Positions 40,209 to 47,257 of a stretch of DNA of 64,000 nucleotides are shown in pieces. The notes beneath the pieces were generated by a model. It saw only the letters and a list, made by a program, of their open reading frames with translations. It had not been told where the DNA came from and did no database searches. The first letter of the stretch is position 1. The number at the start of each line of letters is the position of its first letter. A program made the translations under genes and the position numbers. Source of the DNA: Desulfosudaceae bacterium (GTDB lineage: Bacteria > Desulfobacterota > Desulfobacteria > Desulfobacterales > Desulfosudaceae); assembly GCA_963674745.2 (NCBI GenBank), contig CAXXDV010000003.1:1472001-1536000 (forward strand), given 5' to 3'.

Positions 40209-41402
40209 AAACTTCATTTTCTTTATCATGTTCGAACTATAAACTTGATTATTTTTGATTATATTTAAGATATTATTATTATCCCAATATCTATAGTTGG
40301 GTAGCCTTTTACTTCTCCCTAAAATCCAACGATCTATTGCCTGTTCAGCAACCTCATCAACTGAATATAAGAATTTGAAATTTGGTCTTTTATTTTCTCC
40401 CCTTAACACCTTTCTAGCGTTAGATGCCAATTCAGAAATATAGATTTCTCTCTTAATACCATGACACAATATATTAGGATTCATGCCTATTTGTGATAAA
40501 GTTTTTTTAACAGTTCGTATGCGCCAATTTGGGCCATCACCAAAATTGAAATCAGATTCATAATTATCGTCAGTTCGTTTTAAATATTCTACCATTAAAC
40601 TAAAAATACGGTTGGAAATGTGGAAATGTCCCCACCCAGTTGTATAACCTACTGACGTAAAGTAATTCACCTGATTTAGTTTTAAACGATTATAAATAGA
40701 TGATTTCCCTAATGCCGATGAAGTTGTTACCATTAATAATGAAGGATTTTTTTGTTTTTTAGAGATCAATCCAGTTTTTGATGCATACTTATTTTTAAAA
40801 AAAGAGAGGACTTCTCTTGTTCTGACTAGACATGCGACTAATTTCCCACATAGTAACTCATTATAAGGTGGGATTGCCCCTAAAACATACGCATCAAGCA
40901 CATTGACTAGTCTTTCTTTTCTATCATCTGCATTCCATGCAATAAAATCGTCTCTAGGCTTTAAATTAAAAACGGGGTCACCAAGAGCAATAATTCCAAT
41001 TAATTTATTAATATTTTCATCCCATACTAAAAAACGCATCCTCCTTCCATAACCCTGAGAAACGGGAATGCTCCATGTTAAACTTGCTAAACGGAATAAA
41101 TCACTTTGCCATGTTTTTGATTTAATAATTTCAATCCTTGGTTTAATTTTATGGGCTGTGATTTCTGATCCATTCGCAAAATAATTTTTTAATCGGGGCC
41201 ATTGGAAATTAACAAAATCAATATATTTATTGAAATTGTCAATCCTTTGAAGAAGGTGTGCTTTTCTAATATTATCTTTATTGACATTTGGAGGGATTAA
41301 AGCGCCTGTATCAGACTTAGAAAAGCCTAATTTTTTAAGGTGGCTTCTTACCTCTCTTTTAAGCTTTGCTTCTAGCGAAAATAGAGTTATTGGCTTATTC
41401 AT
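40206..41402 (-). CDS. druA: Druantia DruA-like (DUF4338) protein
   Basis: WSIPVSQGYGRRMRFLVWDE..KLIGIIALGDPVFNL..RD..I.W, AYVLGAIPPYNELLCGKLVA, TTSSALGKSSIYNRL, GYTTGWGHFH, FGDGPNWR. Confidence 0.82.
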   Translation of the reverse strand: MNKPITLFSLEAKLKREVRSHLKKLGFSKSDTGALIPPNVNKDNIRKAHLLQRIDNFNKYIDFVNFQWPRLKNYFANGSEITAHKIKPRIEIIKSKTWQSDLFRLASLTWSIPVSQGYGRRMRFLVWDENINKLIGIIALGDPVFNLKPRDDFIAWNADDRKERLVNVLDAYVLGAIPPYNELLCGKLVACLVRTREVLSFFKNKYASKTGLISKKQKNPSLLMVTTSSALGKSSIYNRLKLNQVNYFTSVGYTTGWGHFHISNRIFSLMVEYLKRTDDNYESDFNFGDGPNWRIRTVKKTLSQIGMNPNILCHGIKREIYISELASNARKVLRGENKRPNFKFLYSVDEVAEQAIDRWILGRSKRLPNYRYWDNNNILNIIKNNQVYSSNMIKKMKF

Positions 41403-41431
41403 TAGTTTTCAACTTTACCTTAAAGTAATTG

Positions 41432-42487
41432 CTACTTGAGTGGTATTAATTGGAATACCCAAGAAGCTCCTATTCCCTCACTAAATGATTCAGAGAAATA
41501 CTGAGGGGGTACACTCGTAACAACAGTGATTGATCTAATAATATTCGATAAAACCCAGCATGCAACAGTCTGTAATTTTGAACCTAAAATCGCCAAGTGG
41601 ACATCATATTTCTGAAGCAAGGAATCATCAGAAAACAGAAACGAAGAAAATTGTGCTATTGCATTACGATATGCAAAAGTATCCATTTCAATCAATTCTC
41701 TATTTTTTGTGATTTCTTTATTAATATCTTTTAAAGCATCAAGGCGCCATGCATTTATTGACAATCTAGGACGACCTGCAATAAAAAGAAATTGAGAATA
41801 CTCATCTGCGCCAACAATGGCAGCCAACCTAGCATATTTATAGGACAAAAATCCAACCAAAGCACGATTACATCCCGCAGAATCATACCCTTCATGATCG
41901 GGTATAAGCTCAACAAATTGTTCATATCCAAAAAGCCAAGGTTTAGTATCAACTATCTCTGCAATATTTTCGTTGGCTGTCAGTTTTTCTTTAAGTTGCT
42001 CCCAATCCTTTTTTCTAGGCCAATATATATCGGCTTCTGTGTAACCAATGAATATATTTTTGTCACTCTTGTTCGCCGAATCTAACGCACCAAACAAACC
42101 ACGATTAGAGATACTTGTGATATCTATGAGGACATCATTTGTATCGGTTTTGTTTATTGCTTCGCTGACCCATAATCCGGCATTATGATTTTCAATAACA
42201 AACCATCTATTGGGCGCAATTTTTTCAGCCAATTGTTCAATTCGGGCTCTATATTTTTTATTAAGTAACGGGTTGTCAATATACCTCCCAATTACAATTG
42301 ACGATATTTTACAATTATAATATTCAATTTTTTCAAGAATCCCTATTGTTCTTTCTTCAAAACCTTCTGCCATCACAATGCTAAAGGGGTTATCAATTTC
42401 TGCTAACCACTGACTAAAATCTCGCTCGTCATATGAACGATTAAGAAAATCTTTAAGTGCTTCTTCTTCGATACTAACGAAGTCCAT
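41432..42487 (-). CDS. Hypothetical alpha/beta (tandem Rossmann-like) protein, partner of ORC/CDC6-like ATPase
   Basis: Full ORF coupled to upstream gene (3-bp gap); motifs GFEER, LIDITS, YTEA.IY.P, LVGFLSY...R, ILGSKLQ. Confidence 0.75.
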   Translation of the reverse strand: MDFVSIEEEALKDFLNRSYDERDFSQWLAEIDNPFSIVMAEGFEERTIGILEKIEYYNCKISSIVIGRYIDNPLLNKKYRARIEQLAEKIAPNRWFVIENHNAGLWVSEAINKTDTNDVLIDITSISNRGLFGALDSANKSDKNIFIGYTEADIYWPRKKDWEQLKEKLTANENIAEIVDTKPWLFGYEQFVELIPDHEGYDSAGCNRALVGFLSYKYARLAAIVGADEYSQFLFIAGRPRLSINAWRLDALKDINKEITKNRELIEMDTFAYRNAIAQFSSFLFSDDSLLQKYDVHLAILGSKLQTVACWVLSNIIRSITVVTSVPPQYFSESFSEGIGASWVFQLIPLK

Positions 42488-42490
42488 TAC

Positions 42491-45010
42491 TTATTCTCCA
42501 GGGATAAGAGGTGTTTCTTCGGGGTGTTTATTCCATATCATATTAGGGTTAAGTAACCAACTTTGATATTCATGAACAGTTAAAGGAATGGATCCTGATC
42601 GTGTTGGGCTAAATGGAAAACAAGGTGCAAATAAGCGACGGAAATAATATTTTCTTGTAGGTAAGCCTGCCCTGCTTTTACCAGCACCTCCAGGAATTAA
42701 AATGCTATGCCTGAGAAGTTCATCATGTAATTCTTTTGCTTCTGTATTAAGCTCTCCTTCGCCTTCAATTTCAATTCTAAGTCGTTCATCAGCTTGATCT
42801 TTATTTTTTGAATCAAGAAGATATTGTTTGATTAAATTTCCAAGTTTTTCGGCAAATTTATGCAATTGTGGTCCAAATTTTGCGGTAGTGCGAAGATCTG
42901 CTAACTGCCTTTGTGCAAAACGTTTGACAATTTCATCTTGCTCTTTGCTAGATATCTTTTTCACCTTTTTCCCCCATCGTCCCGAAGTAATATTGTTTAA
43001 CAATTCAATAATATAGCTAACGTCTCCTGAGCAAAGGCGACAGATAAGACTAAATCCATAAAATTTTGACTTTCCTGGTGGCTTATAATTACAAATATAT
43101 TTTCCAAAATTCGAGTCAAACTCATGTTCTCCCAAAATATTTTTAAGTTCTAATAAACTACCTTTCTGAGTCGCTTCGAAACGTGCCGTTAAAATTTGTT
43201 CAAAAAAAATCAAACAAGTTTTTTCATCGTTTTGAAAATAAACTTCGCCTAAATTTACTTTCGTGTATTCCCGGCTTTCTTTATATTTTCGATCTAAAGT
43301 ATCCTCAAAGACTGGCCCATCACCTTCACTGCTAAATTTGATTTCCACCTCACTTGAGAGTCTAAATAGAACAGGGCTATATGAAAGGATTGTTAACTGT
43401 GGAAGTATTGTATAACTAAAATCATCCAAAAGAAACCAAATGCTTTTTGATGCAATCCAAGGGATAGACTTTATTGCCCGAGTAAACAGAATTAATGAGT
43501 TGTCACCGCAAATGTTTGAAGGTTTATATGATGATGGATTATAAAGATTGGATAACTCTACGATCCTTCTATCAATAAATCCTATAATATCGTTTACGGT
43601 AGTTATACTTTTATCATTTATCTTTAGGAGCGCCAACATATCGCGTGTTAATGGCTTTAAATCATCATCAGATATTTCTGCAAGGTTTTCAGTTTTAAGC
43701 CAGACAATTGTTCTTAATACTTCAAATAGAAAGTGCGCGTTAATAAATTCCCTACAAAAATCTTCAGCTAATTCTCTATCTTCAATTTCAAGCTTTTTAT
43801 ATGACGAACGAAGAAATGGCGTTCGCAATTCACCAACATTAAGCATGAATGCAATATATTCATTACCATTGAGACGTGTAGCAACTTCTTCAGGTTCTTT
43901 CTCACCAATTTTAGGACGCGCTTGGCTTGAAATCGATAAATATCGTAAGAGCATAGTTTTTCCACAACCACGTGGACCTACAATCAACACAGGTTCTGAT
44001 CTAATAATCTTCTTTTGCCATTCCAAAGAATCTCTGAATAATAAAGCTATGTCTTGTGGTGCAAGGTTTATAGCATTAGTTTTATCTAAAGGCTCCCCAA
44101 AAGATATATTTGATCTTTTTTTCATTTCATTAAATGTTTGAAAATCGTATCCAGTTAAAGAATCCTGTAATGAATTATCTAGTTCAATAATAACATCTGA
44201 AGGAGTAAAATTACGCCGTGAAATATTGGCATCAGAAAGCCTTGAGGCAAGTTGACGTAAACGTCGAGCAAAGGAACGATCTGCTGGGGTTAGTGATTGT
44301 CTGTTGATCATTTCAAATTTAGCAATTAAGCTTAATATGTGCTTACTAAGATATAAATAATCATTACCATCAATTGTTTCAGGTTCTCCCAAGACTAATT
44401 CTTTTACTGAACCAAAATCAATTAATTTTGACTCATACCGTTCTGGAAGGTTTTCATCAGATGCTACTTTTCTTATTAGTATATTGTCATCGTGTAAATC
44501 ATCATGCCAAAGTCCCTTTGAATGCATGCGAGACAATCCACTTGCAATACCCTTTAGAATCCCAACAACATCGCTTTTGTTTAATTCAACCGCGGATTCA
44601 CTGATAAACTTATTTAATGATTGTGCTCTATCAATATATTCAAAAACTATGCATACAATTGATATGTTTTGACCCAACAAATTCACATTCTCTTTTATTT
44701 CTCTAATAAATCTTGCAATATTACGATGCGGAGAACATTCTGCAAGAGCCCTCGCTTCCTTATTCTCTAAAGTCTTTTTTAAACGGTGAGAAGGGATAAT
44801 TTTCATTGCAAATGTTTGATAACTATCTACGACTTTAATTGTCCAACCATAAAAACCACGGCCAATTAAATTTACCATTTCATATTCATGAATTTTTAAA
44901 CTCAGTAATTCACTTTCAATATCAATCGGCTTACTACATTTTGGACAACTTTCATGAATATCTAAAGATTTACCATCGCAAAAAAAGCATCCGAGATCTT
45001 TTGTTGACAT
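42491..45010 (-). CDS. Zn-ribbon + Ser/Thr-kinase-like domain fused to ORC/CDC6-STAND-like P-loop ATPase
   Basis: CFFC..CPKC; IGRGFYG, FAMKII, KEAR, HDDLHDDNIL, LIDFG; GPRGCGKTMLL Walker A, WFLLDD Walker B, LCSGD. Confidence 0.85.
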   Translation of the reverse strand: MSTKDLGCFFCDGKSLDIHESCPKCSKPIDIESELLSLKIHEYEMVNLIGRGFYGWTIKVVDSYQTFAMKIIPSHRLKKTLENKEARALAECSPHRNIARFIREIKENVNLLGQNISIVCIVFEYIDRAQSLNKFISESAVELNKSDVVGILKGIASGLSRMHSKGLWHDDLHDDNILIRKVASDENLPERYESKLIDFGSVKELVLGEPETIDGNDYLYLSKHILSLIAKFEMINRQSLTPADRSFARRLRQLASRLSDANISRRNFTPSDVIIELDNSLQDSLTGYDFQTFNEMKKRSNISFGEPLDKTNAINLAPQDIALLFRDSLEWQKKIIRSEPVLIVGPRGCGKTMLLRYLSISSQARPKIGEKEPEEVATRLNGNEYIAFMLNVGELRTPFLRSSYKKLEIEDRELAEDFCREFINAHFLFEVLRTIVWLKTENLAEISDDDLKPLTRDMLALLKINDKSITTVNDIIGFIDRRIVELSNLYNPSSYKPSNICGDNSLILFTRAIKSIPWIASKSIWFLLDDFSYTILPQLTILSYSPVLFRLSSEVEIKFSSEGDGPVFEDTLDRKYKESREYTKVNLGEVYFQNDEKTCLIFFEQILTARFEATQKGSLLELKNILGEHEFDSNFGKYICNYKPPGKSKFYGFSLICRLCSGDVSYIIELLNNITSGRWGKKVKKISSKEQDEIVKRFAQRQLADLRTTAKFGPQLHKFAEKLGNLIKQYLLDSKNKDQADERLRIEIEGEGELNTEAKELHDELLRHSILIPGGAGKSRAGLPTRKYYFRRLFAPCFPFSPTRSGSIPLTVHEYQSWLLNPNMIWNKHPEETPLIPGE

Positions 45011-45022
45011 TAAATTACTCCC

Positions 45023-45553
45023 TTAATTATCTTTTTCAATCGCCTGAAACATTTGCTTTGATACATTTTCTAACCTATCAAGAACATGACTTACCGAAAA
45101 GCCTGAGATTAAAGCTATAGAATAAAGAAGGTATTGACCTTGGGGTGAAAAGTCTATCTGGTTTCCAGACGAAATAATTTGAAACCCTATAAAACTTAAT
45201 GTATATGTAAGAGCTCCTAAGATAGCCCCCAGCAGAGGTCTTGTGAGATAATAATAAACCCATCCCCAACTCCAATCTAATGATACATTATTGTTGTTAG
45301 CAATGTTTGTACTATATGTAATAAGAGTCTTATAATATTTTCTGATTGCCGCCATGGATGCCCCAAGCATTCCGAATGTGCCACAAATGAAATGTGCTCG
45401 CATAAGTTTGTCATCTTTTAGAAAAGTCACAATATCCAGATGAAATATCGTTATGGCAAATGCCGCTACAATTAAACATATTAAAAGTAAGATCCCGACG
45501 ACATAACATGCAGTAGGATAGTAACAATTATTGTCTGGATTATGCGTTTTCAT
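45023..45553 (-). CDS. Small 4-TM membrane protein
   Basis: Hydrophobic helices with GMLGA, WVYYYLTRPLLGAILG, IALISGFS..VLDRL; first gene of the - operon. Confidence 0.78.
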   Translation of the reverse strand: MKTHNPDNNCYYPTACYVVGILLLICLIVAAFAITIFHLDIVTFLKDDKLMRAHFICGTFGMLGASMAAIRKYYKTLITYSTNIANNNNVSLDWSWGWVYYYLTRPLLGAILGALTYTLSFIGFQIISSGNQIDFSPQGQYLLYSIALISGFSVSHVLDRLENVSKQMFQAIEKDN

Positions 45554-45647
45554 ATCTTTTTACCCTTAATTTGTTGAGGAGAGGAAATTATTTACGTTGT
45601 TATTACAAATAGCAATTAAGCATAGAGCATTGTTTTCATTATCATTG

Positions 45648-45676
45648 TTTTTATCAATATTGATATTTTGTGTCAA
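45648..45676 (-). promoter_or_regulatory. Putative promoter of island - operon with palindromic operator in spacer
   Basis: Minus strand TTGACA-17 bp-TAAAAA; perfect palindrome TATCAATATTGATA at 45652-45665. Confidence 0.45.
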
Positions 45677-45691
45677 TGTATTTAAATCAAT

Positions 45692-45845
45692 CTTGGTCGG
45701 ACCAGGATAACAGGTTGGACTACTTAAACTGGGTCGGACCTAATAACAGTCTGGTCTGACACAAGATAAACCTCAAAATCACTGCAAGACAAGGCTTAGG
45801 AATTCTGAGGAATTCTGGGAATTCTGGTGCCAGTATACCTATTTC
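45692..45845. repeat. Repeat cluster at right island border
   Basis: Three GGTC(G/T)GAC..ATAA units (45692-45770), GAATTCTG x3 (45800-45827), and ATTCTGGTGCCAGTATACCTATTTC (45821-45845) related to the left-border element. Confidence 0.7.
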
Positions 45846-45856
45846 TGCTCCGTTCA

Positions 45857-46825
45857 TCATCTGTTCCTGTTTAAAATGCTGATGATCAACCGTTTGACGG
45901 TTTCCATTTCATCCGGCCTGCTGACGGCGACAAATAGAGTCAGGCTGGCCAGCGCTTCATTGCTTATGGTGAGGCTCTCTTTTTCAGGGCGCAGACGGTT
46001 GTTCTTTTCCAGAAACAGAAGAAAGCATGCGGCGGCAATGCGCTTGTTGCCGTCAACAAAAGCGTGGTTTTTTACAACCAGATAGAGCAGGGTAGCGGCT
46101 TTCTCCTCAAAGGTGGGATACAGGTCTTTCTTGCCGAAGCCCTGGCGGATCTGCGCAACGGCGCTTTTAAAACTGTCATCGCGTTCCTGCCCGAAGACCC
46201 TGGAATTAAACTCAGCCCGCATCTGCTCCACAATGTCTATATAGTCTTCATAGACGGGATAGGTGACCCGCTTTTTGGTTGCGCCGCGGGCGTCAAGGGT
46301 TTCATGATCGTAATCGTCCAGCAGCCGCAGTCCCGCGGCATACAGGTTAAGCCATTTAAAATCCGCGTCCGTCGCCTGGTCTTCAATGGCCCGGCTTAAA
46401 ATGCGGATGCCGTCTTTCAGATGCCGCACCTCCTGCTGTTTCTGGGCCAGCCGCTTTTCGTTGATGGCGTAACCCTGCACCAGATAGTCTTTGAGGCGCT
46501 TGGTGGCCCACTGGCGGAACTGGGTGCCCCGCTGCGATTTTACGCGGTAACCCACGGAAATAATAACGTCGAGGTTGTAAAAAGCAACGGGCTTATCTGA
46601 ATCTGCAATATGCATTTTTTGCATATTGCTTTTCCGATCAAGTTCTCTTTCTTTAAATACATTATTGATATGCCGGGATATGACGGATTGATCTCGCTGA
46701 AATAACAGCGTTAATTGTTCCTGGCTCAGCCACACGGTTTCCTTGTCCAGGTTGACCTTAAGCTCGACCTGATTATCCGGCGAACGATAAATTTCCACTG
46801 CGGCCCGTTCATCTTTTCTGTTCAT
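45857..46825 (-). CDS. RhuM-family protein fused to Fic/DOC domain
   Basis: TVWLSQ, YNLDVIISVGYRVKSQRGTQFRQWAT; Fic motif HAFVDGNKR. Confidence 0.92.
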   Translation of the reverse strand: MNRKDERAAVEIYRSPDNQVELKVNLDKETVWLSQEQLTLLFQRDQSVISRHINNVFKERELDRKSNMQKMHIADSDKPVAFYNLDVIISVGYRVKSQRGTQFRQWATKRLKDYLVQGYAINEKRLAQKQQEVRHLKDGIRILSRAIEDQATDADFKWLNLYAAGLRLLDDYDHETLDARGATKKRVTYPVYEDYIDIVEQMRAEFNSRVFGQERDDSFKSAVAQIRQGFGKKDLYPTFEEKAATLLYLVVKNHAFVDGNKRIAAACFLLFLEKNNRLRPEKESLTISNEALASLTLFVAVSRPDEMETVKRLIISILNRNR

Positions 46826-46976
46826 CTTTTTACCTTGCCTCCATCCATGGGGTTAATATTTTGCTCCATCAAATCTATTTGGAAAATCGGGGGACAGATT
46901 ACGAATTATTGATCTTTGCCCCTTATTATGTTTAGCCATTTTTACCATTAATTACAAGTCAAGTGATAAGACAAGG

Positions 46977-47245
46977 TTGTCGGCAGATGCGCTACGCTTA
47001 TCGGCCCTGGGGAGATTGATATGAAAAGATTATTTCTTGATGACTGTTTACAAAAATGGATCCCCCGGTCAAGCCGGAGGATGACCTCGGAGGGGATGGG
47101 GGCAATTTATCTGGATGCCGGATCGGCGGCATGACGAGGTGGTATTAGGCCAATTGGTGGATGCGCTGTGCTTATCCACCCTACGATTCAGGTCCGGGAT
47201 GACGAAGGAAGTGGGTTCCCCGGTCGAGCCGGAGGATGACCTCGG
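46977..47245. repeat. Mosaic of palindromic repeats downstream of hrpB
   Basis: 34-bp direct repeat TGG.T.CCCCGGTC.AGCCGGAGGATGACCTCGG at 47057-47090 and 47212-47245; REP TGGATGCGCTGTGCTTATCCACCCTAC at 47158-47184; degenerate REP at 46977-47010. Confidence 0.8.
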
Positions 47246-47257
47246 TGTGAATTCTTA

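Larger units (their letters stand above)
34500..45690. mobile_element. AT-rich horizontally acquired island (putative defence island), no integrase seen
   Basis: Abrupt drop to roughly 30% GC by spot counts versus about 50% flanks; seven tightly packed genes in two convergent operons; repeat elements at both borders. Confidence 0.85.

Noticed and set aside
43548..44141. 197-aa + strand ORF inside the island
   Set aside because: Antisense to the kinase-ATPase gene; Ser/Ile/Phe-rich shadow composition.
45692..45845. Possible CRISPR mini-array at island edge
   Set aside because: Units are degenerate, irregularly spaced and short; no cas genes; better explained as REP-type repeats.
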